From assembly GCA_965203325.1 (NCBI GenBank), contig OZ241875.1:2368001-2432000 (forward strand): a stretch of DNA of 64,000 bases, given 5' to 3'. Of the stretch, positions 50,378-60,058 are shown one piece after another (position 1 is the first letter of the stretch; every line of letters begins with the position of its first letter). The DNA is from a bacterium. Its GTDB lineage: Bacteria > UBA8248. The position numbers and the translations under genes are program-made. Below the pieces are notes generated by a model. It was given only the letters and a program-made list of their open reading frames with translations, had not been told where the DNA came from and did no database searches.

Positions 50378-51553
50378 TTAGGGCCTGAGCTTTTCCATCA
50401 GCCAGTCGGCGATGTAGGTGACGCCGAGCGAGAGGTTGTCGCGTTGGCAGTGCTGGGAGCCGCCCTCCTTCACCGTGAAAATCTTGAGCGTCTTGTCCTT
50501 CGAACCCACGGCGTTGAATAGTTTTCTCGCGTCGCGCGTGGGCACCTGCTTGTCGTCGATCCCGTGGGTGAGCAGAAAGGGACACCGCATTTTCTGCACC
50601 ACGCCGTCGAGGCGGAAACCCTCGAGTTTCTTGAAGGTGTCCTCGAAGTTCGTCGTGTTGAAAATCCACAGGATGTGGTGGCCCGGCACGGAGAGTTCCG
50701 TCTGCATCGAGGCGGCGACGCGCTTTTTCCACGTCGCGTGGTAATCCCAGCACGCCCCCCAGGCGACGCACGCCTTGTAGCGTCTCTCCATGCTGGCGAT
50801 GCGGGGCGCGTAGTATCCGCCCAGGCTGATGCCGATCACGGCGGCCTTCCGGGCGTTCACATCCCCGCGCGCCTCCAGATAATCGAGGGCGGCGGAGCCT
50901 GCGACCTCATAGTCGGGGCGTAGGTATTGTTCGCGGAACCGGATGGCCTCGCCCGTTCCCGGCCCGTCCATGACGAGGCAACTCATGCCGCGCCGCACGA
51001 ATTCCTCAACGCCGCGCAGGTATTGAATCTCCTTCGTGATGTCGAGACCGTCGAAGTAGACGACGACGGGCGGTTTGGCCTTTTTCGTGTTCTGCGCGTG
51101 CACGAAATACCCCGGCAGGTTCACGCCGTTCTCGTAAGGCACCTCCACGCGCTCGATCCGGGGCGCGTCGGTGAGCCTCGTGAAGCGCAAGAAGCTGTCG
51201 AGGGCGAGCCGGTAGGCGTCTTTCGCCCGCTTGTCCTTGGGCGTGCGGAAACGCTCGCCAATTTGAAAGTACATCGCGGCGCGCTTGTGGTGGTAGGCGG
51301 CGCTCAGGCGGTGTTTTTTCTTTTCCGCCTCCAGGCCTAAATCGCGCACCTTGTTCGCCATGCGCACCCACTCGCGGAACCATAGCGCGTCGTTTCCGAC
51401 GTCTTTCCTGAGCCGTCTGCCCACCTGATCGACCTCGCCGATGTCGGCTCCGCCCCAGGGGGCCACGGAGAGGCAGTTCACGACACCCGATGACCAGCGG
51501 TAATCCTCGGGGAAATAGGTGAACCATCGGGTGTTGGCGGGTGCTTCCGGCAT
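50378..51553 (-). CDS. Alpha/beta hydrolase (FrsA / 2,6-dihydroxy-pseudooxynicotine hydrolase-like)
   Basis: GLDITKE, DGPGTGE, GISLGGY nucleophile motif, HGIDD, HCQ. Confidence 0.85.
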   Translation of the reverse strand: MPEAPANTRWFTYFPEDYRWSSGVVNCLSVAPWGGADIGEVDQVGRRLRKDVGNDALWFREWVRMANKVRDLGLEAEKKKHRLSAAYHHKRAAMYFQIGERFRTPKDKRAKDAYRLALDSFLRFTRLTDAPRIERVEVPYENGVNLPGYFVHAQNTKKAKPPVVVYFDGLDITKEIQYLRGVEEFVRRGMSCLVMDGPGTGEAIRFREQYLRPDYEVAGSAALDYLEARGDVNARKAAVIGISLGGYYAPRIASMERRYKACVAWGACWDYHATWKKRVAASMQTELSVPGHHILWIFNTTNFEDTFKKLEGFRLDGVVQKMRCPFLLTHGIDDKQVPTRDARKLFNAVGSKDKTLKIFTVKEGGSQHCQRDNLSLGVTYIADWLMEKLRP

Positions 51554-51836
51554 GACGCGCTCCTTTGCTGGGTGATGAGGCCGCCCGGTTTTCGCCGGGA
51601 CGCTCTCTATCAAATGGATGGAAACGAAAAATCATCCTAGCACTTTCGATGCGTGCGCCGGAACCGAGGGAGGTCTTTTCGCGCTCGGGATGGGTTCGAC
51701 GATAAAGGCGGCAAGTATCCACGATCCTTAGTCTCACGCCCAAAACCTGCTAAGATGCTTGGCCCGGGTAACGGCGCATGGAATCGCCGGAAGCCCGTTT
51801 TCGATCTCGTCAGGCCATCCATACGCAATCGAGGAA

Positions 51837-53261
51837 ATGAGAATGTCCACAACCGAAATCTGTGATCTCACGATTGATGACCTCTCGAAAAAAATCTCTC
51901 GCCGGGAATTATCCCCCGTTGAGATTACCGAAGTGCATCTCGCGCGGGTCGACGCGCTGAACCCGGCGGTGAACGCCTTCACCACCGTGGCGCACGAGCG
52001 CGCCCGCGCCGAGGCGAAAGCGGCCGAAGCCGAAATTATGGGAGGCAGGATTCGCGGGCCGCTGCACGGCGTGCCCATCGGCGTCAAGGACATCATCGAC
52101 ACGGCGGGCGTGCGCACCACGCAGGGGTCGAGCTTTTTCCGCGACAACGTGCCGGAAGAAGACGCCGAGTGCGTCCGCAGGCTCCACGAGGCGGGCGCCG
52201 TCATGATCGGCAAGTGCAACACGGCGGAGTTCGCCGCCGAGTCGGCGACCAAGAACCCCCACCACGGCGCGTGCCGCAACCCCTGGGACCTCACCCGCGT
52301 TCCCGCCGGTTCGAGCGGCGGTTCCGGCGCGGCAGTCGCGGCAAGAATGGCGCCCGGCACGCTCGGAACCGACACCGGAGGCTCCGTGCGGGGGCCGGCG
52401 GCGATCTGCGGCGTGGTGGGTCTCAAGCCGACCTACGGGCGCATCAGCCTGCGCGGCGTGTATCCCAACGCAACGAGCCTCGATCACGTAGGCCCCCTGA
52501 CGCGGACGGTGCGCGATTGCGCGCTGCTGCTCCAGGCGCTCGCGGGCTACGACGCGAAAGACCCATTCTCCGCCGATATGGATACGCCCGATTTCACCGC
52601 CGATCTGGAAAAGGGCGTCGGCGGCATGCGCTTCATGATTTCGTCCGATCTGATCGACGTCGAGATCGATGCGCCGATTCTGGAGGCTTTCCAAGCGGTG
52701 CTCGACGTGCTGCGCGGGCTGGGCGCCGAAATCGAAGAGGTGCGCTGCCCCTTCGCGGGAGAGATCAATCCCCACCGCCGGGCCATCGCGGACGCGGAGT
52801 TCTACCGCGTGCACGGCGAGCGCTACCACGCCCATCCGGAGGGCTACGGTCTGCGCTTGCGGGAGCGCATCGCAAACGCGGAGAAAACCACGCTTGCGAC
52901 CTATATCGACGCGCTCAACCACCGAAGGGCGATCAGCCGCCGGATGCTCGACCTCATGGAGCCTTACGACGCCATGCTCTCGCCGGGCTACCCCTGCCTC
53001 GCAGCGCCCGTCGAAACGACCACCGCGCTCGTGAACGGAAAAGAGATGGATTTCATCGGCCTGGGACGCAACCTGACGGGCGTTCAGAACTTTCTCGGCT
53101 TCCCCGGCCTGATGGTCCCCACGGGCTTCGATTCGGTTCACGGACTCCCCATGGCGATGCAGATTACGACCCGCCCCGGCGATGAGGCCCGCGGTTTCCG
53201 GGTCGGCCACGCCTATGAGGAAGCGACGCCCGAATGGCGGGGGAGAAAACCCGATCTCTAG
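51837..53261 (+). CDS. Amidase signature family protein
   Basis: GPLHGVPIGVKD, GSSGGS, GTDTGGSVRGP, GLKPTYG. Confidence 0.93.
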   Translation: MRMSTTEICDLTIDDLSKKISRRELSPVEITEVHLARVDALNPAVNAFTTVAHERARAEAKAAEAEIMGGRIRGPLHGVPIGVKDIIDTAGVRTTQGSSFFRDNVPEEDAECVRRLHEAGAVMIGKCNTAEFAAESATKNPHHGACRNPWDLTRVPAGSSGGSGAAVAARMAPGTLGTDTGGSVRGPAAICGVVGLKPTYGRISLRGVYPNATSLDHVGPLTRTVRDCALLLQALAGYDAKDPFSADMDTPDFTADLEKGVGGMRFMISSDLIDVEIDAPILEAFQAVLDVLRGLGAEIEEVRCPFAGEINPHRRAIADAEFYRVHGERYHAHPEGYGLRLRERIANAEKTTLATYIDALNHRRAISRRMLDLMEPYDAMLSPGYPCLAAPVETTTALVNGKEMDFIGLGRNLTGVQNFLGFPGLMVPTGFDSVHGLPMAMQITTRPGDEARGFRVGHAYEEATPEWRGRKPDL

Positions 53262-53501
53262 GGGTTGTCGGATAACCCCTGCAATGCCGGGATGACGAGC
53301 ACCAGCGCGTTCGGCGCGCCTTCCCCGATCCGTCAGGTCAACCGCTCCTTTTCGGGGCTTTTTCGACGTCCCCGAAACGCCCGGAGTGCGCGGCGAATAT
53401 CCGTACCGGCGCGTGGACCCGATCCTGTTTTGACAGCTTCGATGCGCGACCTTAATATCCCCTCGCCGCTGTTCTCATCGTTCTCATGAAAGGGGTTTTC
53501 C

Positions 53502-54815
53502 GTGGTTGAGGTAAGGGCGTTTCGCGCGCTGAGGTATTCGAACGTCGCACCCGAAGAGATGGGAGAGGTTTCCTCCCCGCCTTATGACGTCTTCACGCCT
53601 GAAATGAGGCGTTCGTTCTATGAGCGCCACCCCCTGAACATCGTGCGGCTGATTCAGGGCGAAATCCTGGAGAATGAGGACGGGGACGCGGGCCGCGTGG
53701 GACGCGCGGTCGAATATCTCGAAAACTGGCGCGCGAGCGGGGCGATGATCCTGGACGATACGCCCGCGCTCTATCCCTACCGCCAGCGCTTCGCGCTGCC
53801 CGACGGGACGCGCCTGGAGCGGAATGCGTTTTTCGCGGTCGTGAAGCTGGAACCCTACGGCGCGGGCGAAATCCACCCCCATGAGCAGACCTTCCCGAAG
53901 CCCAAGGGCTACCTGTTCGACCTGTGGGGGAGGAGCGGCGCGCACCTGGGGCCGATCTTCGGTTTTTACGACGAGCCCCGGGAGACGGCGAACAATGCCT
54001 TGAGGAGCGCGGAGAAGGGCGCGCCCATCGCCGATTTCGAAGACGACGGCGTGCGTCATACCCTGTGGCGGTGCGATGACCCGGCCGTCATCGCGCTCGC
54101 GCAGGAATCGCTTCTGGAAAAGGAGGTGTTCATCGCCGACGGACACCACCGCTACGAAACGTCCCTGGACTTGAGAGACGCCGCCCGCGCGGGGGGCGCT
54201 CCCGCAGGGGGTGAGGCGGATTACACGCTCATGTGCCTCGCCAACGTCGCGGACCCGGGCATGGTGATCCTGCCCACATACCGGCTCCTCAAAAAGGTTT
54301 CCGCGACGACGGAAGACGCTCTCGCAGTACTTGCGGAGAAATACGATATTCTGGAAGAGCCGGCGCCCGAGGCGGGAGCCTGCGGCCGGGTGGCGGAGCG
54401 TCTGTCGGCGTTATCCCAAGAAAACGGGGGAGCCAGCGTGTTTTGCCTCTATGACGGCGGCGCGAACGTGCGCTATCTCATCGGGAGGCATGACGGAGAT
54501 ACCTCCTCCGTGGAAGAGGCCGTCGCCGCCCTCGACGTGAGCCGCCTTCATGAGGAGATCGTGGACGGCGCATTCAAGGCCTCTCACGAGGAAGGGGATA
54601 TCGCCTTCACGCCGGATCCGGAACTGGCGTTCAACTCCGCGAGAAGCGGGGAGTGCGCGGCGGCCGTTTTGCTGAACCCCACTCCACTCGAGTCGGTGTG
54701 CGAGATCGCCAAGGCAGGCGGCAAGATGCCGCACAAGTCCACCTATTTCTATCCCAAGATACGCACCGGCCTCGTCGTTCACGCATTCGCTCCCCCGGCG
54801 GGGGATTCCTCCTGA
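53502..54815 (+). CDS. DUF1015 family protein
   Basis: PPYDV, HPHEQT, IADGHHRYET, MPHKSTYFYPK. Confidence 0.9.
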   Translation: MVEVRAFRALRYSNVAPEEMGEVSSPPYDVFTPEMRRSFYERHPLNIVRLIQGEILENEDGDAGRVGRAVEYLENWRASGAMILDDTPALYPYRQRFALPDGTRLERNAFFAVVKLEPYGAGEIHPHEQTFPKPKGYLFDLWGRSGAHLGPIFGFYDEPRETANNALRSAEKGAPIADFEDDGVRHTLWRCDDPAVIALAQESLLEKEVFIADGHHRYETSLDLRDAARAGGAPAGGEADYTLMCLANVADPGMVILPTYRLLKKVSATTEDALAVLAEKYDILEEPAPEAGACGRVAERLSALSQENGGASVFCLYDGGANVRYLIGRHDGDTSSVEEAVAALDVSRLHEEIVDGAFKASHEEGDIAFTPDPELAFNSARSGECAAAVLLNPTPLESVCEIAKAGGKMPHKSTYFYPKIRTGLVVHAFAPPAGDSS

Positions 54816-54825
54816 CGCCCCGGCC

Positions 54826-55452
54826 ATGAGAATTCAAAACGCGCGGTTCATCAAAAGCGCCGCCGAGCGTGCGGGCTGGCCGAGGGCGGAATTGCCCGAG
54901 GTCGCCTTTGCGGGAAGAAGCAACGTGGGCAAATCCTCGCTCATCAACTTCCTGACCAACCGCAAGAGCCTCGCCAAGACGAGCGCGACGCCCGGCAAGA
55001 CGCAGCTCGTCAATTTCTTCGGCGTGGACGGGCGCTTCAACCTCGTGGACTTGCCGGGCTACGGCTACGCCCGGGTGCCGCTTGCCGAGAGGGCGCGCTG
55101 GCGGCCCATGATCGAGACCTATCTCGAACACCGCGAGACGCTCCAGGGCGTGGTGGTGCTCATCGATTCGCGCCGGGGCGCACGGGAGATGGATTTACAC
55201 CTTTTAGAGTGGCTCGCGGCGGTGAACCTGCCGGCCTGTCTGGTGCTCACCAAGGCGGACAAGCTGAAACAAAACGAGCGCAAAGGCGTTCTGGACGCGC
55301 TCGTCAAGACCATGGTGGACGGCGGTGGATTGTACGGCCACTGGTCCGGGCCGATTCTCTGCAGCGCGAACACGGGGCTGGGCAAGCGGGAAATTCTCGC
55401 CCAGATGGCCGAGTGGCTGAACGAGCCGCCCCGCGACGCGCCCGCCGCCTGA
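54826..55452 (+). CDS. engB: Ribosome biogenesis GTPase YihA/YsxC
   Basis: GRSNVGKSSLIN, PGKT, DLPGYGY, TKADK. Confidence 0.95.
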   Translation: MRIQNARFIKSAAERAGWPRAELPEVAFAGRSNVGKSSLINFLTNRKSLAKTSATPGKTQLVNFFGVDGRFNLVDLPGYGYARVPLAERARWRPMIETYLEHRETLQGVVVLIDSRRGAREMDLHLLEWLAAVNLPACLVLTKADKLKQNERKGVLDALVKTMVDGGGLYGHWSGPILCSANTGLGKREILAQMAEWLNEPPRDAPAA

Positions 55453-55574
55453 ATTCACAAGGGAGGTTTCTCGCAGCATGCGCGCATATCTGCTAGAGTG
55501 GGCCATCGACCGCCTGAAAGAGCGATCCGACAAAAAGACAGCGCCTTCGCGCAACAAATCTTCTGAGGACGAGC

Positions 55575-56579
55575 GTGCCGGAAAAGAAAAAAGCGGCTCC
55601 GAAAGCCGCGACGAGGAAGAAAGCGGCGAAGCCAAAAGCTGACGTGCGCGGCTGGGCGCCGGGGGTTCCGAAGGAAAAGCCGAAGGGCAGAACCTATGAC
55701 GGCCCCCTGAGCGTGAACGCGAAACCCAAGCGGGCGGACCGGATTTTCTTCGGCACGGGCGGGGTCCCGCACTCCACCAAGCCGCAGACACACCCCGCCG
55801 CGGTGCGCAGACTCCACGAACTGGGCCTCGGCGTCTACGAGATGGAGTTCGTCCACGGCGTGCGCATCCGCGAGGAGACGTGCGATGAGGTGCGGGCCGC
55901 CCAGGCCGATACCGGCGTTCAGATCACCGCACACGGGCCCTACTACGTGAACCTCTATTCGCTGGAAGAAGAAAAAGTTGTGGCGAGCCGTAAGCGCGTG
56001 CTCGACACCGCGCGCGCCCTGGCGAAGTGCGGGGGCGACGGCGCTTGCTTTCATCCCGGGTTCTACCAGAAACGAGACCCCAGGGAGGTCTACGACTTCA
56101 TCTGCAACCAGATAGGAGAGCTCGCCGACATTCTGGAGGATGAAGGCTGTCCGGTTCGCCTGGACCCGGAGACGACGGGCAAGGGCACACAGTTCGGCTC
56201 GCTCGAGGAGATCGCCGACATGGGCGGCGATCTTAAAGAAAAGAATGTCGGCTTCACGATAGATTTCGCGCACATTCACGCGCGCTCGGCGGGCGCGCAC
56301 AACACGTATGACGAGTTCGGGGCGCAACTGGAGCTTCTCAAGAACAAGATGGGCGACGACGTTCTCAAAACCATGCACATCCACCTCTCGGGCATCGCGT
56401 ATTCGGACAAGGGCGAGGCGCATCACCTGGAACTCGACGAGTCGGACATGAACTACAAGGACTTGTTCCGCGCGCTCATCGATTTCGGCGTCGAAGGCCG
56501 TGTGGTGTGCGAAAGTCCTGCGCTCGAATACGACGCGCTCATCATGCAGCGAGCATACAGAAAACTGCACGGCGGCTAG
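55575..56579 (+). CDS. nfo: Endonuclease IV-family AP endonuclease with a Lys/Ala-rich N-terminal tail
   Basis: EMEFVHG, AHGPYYVNL, FHPG, PETTGK, DFAHIHAR, HIHLSG, CESP. Confidence 0.82.
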   Translation: MPEKKKAAPKAATRKKAAKPKADVRGWAPGVPKEKPKGRTYDGPLSVNAKPKRADRIFFGTGGVPHSTKPQTHPAAVRRLHELGLGVYEMEFVHGVRIREETCDEVRAAQADTGVQITAHGPYYVNLYSLEEEKVVASRKRVLDTARALAKCGGDGACFHPGFYQKRDPREVYDFICNQIGELADILEDEGCPVRLDPETTGKGTQFGSLEEIADMGGDLKEKNVGFTIDFAHIHARSAGAHNTYDEFGAQLELLKNKMGDDVLKTMHIHLSGIAYSDKGEAHHLELDESDMNYKDLFRALIDFGVEGRVVCESPALEYDALIMQRAYRKLHGG

Positions 56580-56623
56580 CCCGCGCATTCCCTAAAAAAC
56601 CGGATCGAGGAAGGAAAGACGAC

Positions 56624-57994
56624 ATGACGATTGTGGAACAGATTGCGGCGTTCGCCGCGAACACCAGTTTCGATGACCTCTCGGACGAGATGCGTACCCA
56701 GTTAAAGACCCTCATGGTCGACACCATCGGCTGCGCCATCGGCTCGCTGGGCGAAGGCCCCGTCCGCTACCTGCGCGAGCAGGCGGATGATTTCGGCGGT
56801 GCTGCGCATTGCACGCTCATCGGCGGCGGCAAGACGGCACCCGATGCCGCGGCGTTCTACAACACCTCGCTGATCCGCTATCTCGATTTCAACGACGGCT
56901 TCATGGGCAAGCTCGCCACCTCACACCCGAGCGACAACACGGGCGCCGTGATGGCGGCGGCCGAATACGCCGACGCGAGCGGGGCGGAGTTCATGACGGC
57001 CCTCGCGCTGGCGTATGAGGTGCAATGCCGCCTCTGCGACAGCGCGCCTTACGAGAAAAGGGGGTTCGACCAGCCCATGGCGGGCGCCTACGCCGTGGCG
57101 GCGGGCGCCTCTCGCGCCCTGGGGCTGGATGCGGAGAAGACGGCCAACGCGATCGCGATCAGCGGCGTGCGCCAGAACCCCCTGCTCATCACGCGCACGG
57201 GCGAGCTCTCCCACTGGAAGGGCTTCGCCTATGCGGCGGGTTGCCACACCGGTGTGCACTCGACGTTTCTGGCCATGCGCGGGGTGACGGGGCAGCTTCA
57301 GCTGATCGAGGGTCCCCTGGGCGTATTCGAGTCCGTGACGGGGGAATTCGAGGTCGACTGGTCGGACACATCCTTGCGCAAGATGCTCGAGATCAGCGTG
57401 AAGCGCTACAACGCGGGCCTCCATTCCCAGACGGCCATCGAGGGCGTCATCGGCATGAAGCGCGAGCACGGCTTCAGCCCGGAGGACATCGAAGAGGTTG
57501 AAATCGGGATTTACGAGCGCGCCTATTTCATCATGGGCGAGGGCAAGGCTGGCGCGCGCGAGCACGTGCTGAACAAGGAGACGGCGGACCACAGCCTGCC
57601 GTACGTGCTCTCCGCCGCCATCATCGACGAGCAGGTCCTGCCCGCCCAGTACGAGGAAGCGAGAATCCGCGCAGACGACGTGCAGACGCTTCTGAAAAAG
57701 GTGCGCACCACCAATTCCGATGAGATGACGGCCAGATACCCCGCGCAATCGCCCGTGCTCATCACCATCACGTTGAAAGACGGGAGCGTCCACAAGCTGG
57801 ACAAGCCCACCTGGGAGGGGCATTTCACCGCGCCGATGAGCTGGGCGACGGTGAACGAGAAGTTCGAGGCCTTGAGCGAGGCCCACGCGGACGCCTCCTT
57901 GCGCGGGGAGATCGTGGACGCCGTATCGAGGCTCGATTCGATACGTATCACGGAGCTGGCCGCCCTGCTCGAGCGGGTGAACACGCCGAGGTAG
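56624..57994 (+). CDS. MmgE/PrpD family protein (2-methylcitrate dehydratase-like)
   Basis: RYLDFND, HPSDN, LSHWKG, ETADHSLPY. Confidence 0.9.
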   Translation: MTIVEQIAAFAANTSFDDLSDEMRTQLKTLMVDTIGCAIGSLGEGPVRYLREQADDFGGAAHCTLIGGGKTAPDAAAFYNTSLIRYLDFNDGFMGKLATSHPSDNTGAVMAAAEYADASGAEFMTALALAYEVQCRLCDSAPYEKRGFDQPMAGAYAVAAGASRALGLDAEKTANAIAISGVRQNPLLITRTGELSHWKGFAYAAGCHTGVHSTFLAMRGVTGQLQLIEGPLGVFESVTGEFEVDWSDTSLRKMLEISVKRYNAGLHSQTAIEGVIGMKREHGFSPEDIEEVEIGIYERAYFIMGEGKAGAREHVLNKETADHSLPYVLSAAIIDEQVLPAQYEEARIRADDVQTLLKKVRTTNSDEMTARYPAQSPVLITITLKDGSVHKLDKPTWEGHFTAPMSWATVNEKFEALSEAHADASLRGEIVDAVSRLDSIRITELAALLERVNTPR

Positions 57995-58079
57995 CGCAAA
58001 ACACCCCCTGGAACGATATTGATCATGGAGCGCGCCCTGCCGCCGGAGCAGATTTCACAGGCTTCAAAGGAGACTTGAG

Positions 58080-58325
58080 ATGTCCGATATGGAGGTGACG
58101 GTCTATTCGTCCACGTTCTGAGCGCCGTGCAAGGCGGTGAAAGAGTTTCTTTCCCATCATGGCGTGGCGTACACGGAAAAACTCGTCGATCAGGACGAAG
58201 AGGCCCTGGAGGAACTCTTCCAGCGGGCGAACATGCGGGCCACGCCCGTCATATTCATCGGCGAGGAGAAGGTGGTCGGCTTCGACCGGGCGAAGCTCCA
58301 GGCGCTTTTGGGACTCGCCGCGTGA
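58080..58325 (+). CDS. Probable selenocysteine-containing glutaredoxin/NrdH-like redoxin (U-A-P-C); Sec at TGA 58119-58121
   Basis: MSDMEVTVYSSTF-U-APCKAVKEFLSHHGVAYTEK..ATPVIFIG..VVGFD. RBS AAGGAG precedes ATG 58080. Hairpin GAAAGA-GTT-TCTTTC follows. Next gene is trxB. Confidence 0.9.
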
Positions 58326-58499
58326 ACGGGAGGCGAAAGTCGCTTCCCTGCCCCGGCTGAGGGTGGAGCAAGCTCAAGTGTCAAACCCCTCGCGGGCTTG
58401 GCATGGGTTGGGGGCCGGTGTTAGAATCTGCCCGGTTTTTGGGCCTGACCTATCGGTTTCATTTCTTGCTGCCTTTTCTTTTGTATCTGGAGATTCGTA

Positions 58500-59456
58500 G
58501 TGGCTAAGCGTGATTTCGAAATCATCATCATCGGAGCGGGGCCGGCCGGGCTGACGGCGGGGTTGTATACGGCGCGCTCGAAACTGAACGTGGTTTGCTA
58601 TGAAAAGCTCGCCCCGGGCGGCGAGATTCTCAACACCGAGCACGTGGAAGACTACCCGGGTTTCGAACTGGTCGGCGGCCAGGAGCTTGCGGCCAAATTC
58701 GCCGATCACGCCATGAAGTTCGGCCTCAACATCGAAATGGAAGAAGTTCAGGAGGTCAAAAAGGACGGGGATGATTTCCTCGTCACGACCGACATGGGCG
58801 TGCGCCGCTGCGGGGCGGTGATCTACACCCCCGGCGGCTATCCGAGAAAGCTCGGCATTCCGGGCGAGGAGAAATACGCCGGCAAGGGCGTGAGCTACTG
58901 CGCGCTTTGCGACGGCGCGTTCTTTCAGGATGAGGTCATCACCGTCGTGGGCGGCGGGAACAGCGCCGTGGAAGAGGGACAGTTCCTCACGAAGTTCGGC
59001 ACGAAAGTCTACATCATCCACCGCCGCGATCAATTCCGCGCCCATGCGGTGCTGGTGGACAAGATTCGCGAGAACCCGAAAGTCGAGATCATCACCGACT
59101 ATGTGGCCGAGGAAGTGGTGGGCGATGATCGGGAGATGAAGAAGCTGCGCATCAAGAACGTGAAGACCGGCGAGACGAAAGAACTCGACGCCACCGGCCT
59201 GTTCGTCTTCATCGGTTTTATTCCGAACACGGATTTGATAAAAGAGCATGTGGAGAAAGACGATGCCGGCTTCATCCTGACGGACCAGAACATGGAGACG
59301 AACGTTCCGGGCCTGTTCGTGGCCGGTGACTGCAGAAGCCAGTTAATCCGCCAGATCACCAACGCGTCGGGCGACGCGACGACGGCGGCGGTGGCGGCGG
59401 AGAAATATCTCGAAGCCCAGGAAGAGGCCAAGAAGGCCGCCGCGGCGGCTTCCTAG
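58500..59456 (+). CDS. trxB: Thioredoxin-disulfide reductase
   Basis: IIGAGPAG, GVSYCALCDG, VGGGNSAVEE, HRRD, FVAGD. Confidence 0.95.
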   Translation: MAKRDFEIIIIGAGPAGLTAGLYTARSKLNVVCYEKLAPGGEILNTEHVEDYPGFELVGGQELAAKFADHAMKFGLNIEMEEVQEVKKDGDDFLVTTDMGVRRCGAVIYTPGGYPRKLGIPGEEKYAGKGVSYCALCDGAFFQDEVITVVGGGNSAVEEGQFLTKFGTKVYIIHRRDQFRAHAVLVDKIRENPKVEIITDYVAEEVVGDDREMKKLRIKNVKTGETKELDATGLFVFIGFIPNTDLIKEHVEKDDAGFILTDQNMETNVPGLFVAGDCRSQLIRQITNASGDATTAAVAAEKYLEAQEEAKKAAAAAS

Positions 59457-59478
59457 AGCACAAGGCGAGGAGAGGGAA

Positions 59479-60033
59479 ATGGAGTTCACCAGGGGGATCC
59501 AGAAGTTCTTTCTCTGGGATATCGTGAAGGGCATGTCCGCCACGCTTCGGCACATGTTCAAAAAGCCCGTCACGCTGCAATACCCGACGGAGCGTTGGGA
59601 GCCGCCCGAGCGTTTTCGCGGATTCCTGGGCCTCACGCGCGACTTCAAGACGGGCGAGGAGCTTTGCATCGGCTGTCTGAACTGCGAGAAGGCCTGTCCG
59701 GTCGACTGCATCACCATCGTCACGGCGGGCAAGGGCCGCGAGATGTACGCCAAGGAGTTCTACATCGACTACATGCGCTGCATGTATTGCGGGCTTTGCA
59801 CGGAGGCGTGCCCCACGACGCCCAAATCCATCGTCCACACCCACCAGTACGAGACGCCCGGCTATTTCCGCGACGATCTCGTCTACGAGAAAGAGCGCCT
59901 CTACGACGTCTGGGAGAAAGAGGTGAACTACACCGGCCCCAGGCCGTGGGGCAAGCTGTTCGGCTTGAGGAACGAGGAAGCGGACATGCGGCCCGAGCCC
60001 GAGACTCCCGCCGAGACGGCACCCGCCGAATAG
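59479..60033 (+). CDS. nuoI: NADH-quinone oxidoreductase subunit I-like 2x[4Fe-4S] protein
   Basis: TLQYP.E..RFRG, CIGCLNCEKACP, CMYCGLCTEACP. Confidence 0.85.
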   Translation: MEFTRGIQKFFLWDIVKGMSATLRHMFKKPVTLQYPTERWEPPERFRGFLGLTRDFKTGEELCIGCLNCEKACPVDCITIVTAGKGREMYAKEFYIDYMRCMYCGLCTEACPTTPKSIVHTHQYETPGYFRDDLVYEKERLYDVWEKEVNYTGPRPWGKLFGLRNEEADMRPEPETPAETAPAE

Positions 60034-60058
60034 CGGGTTTCTCTGGCGGAATCCTCTT

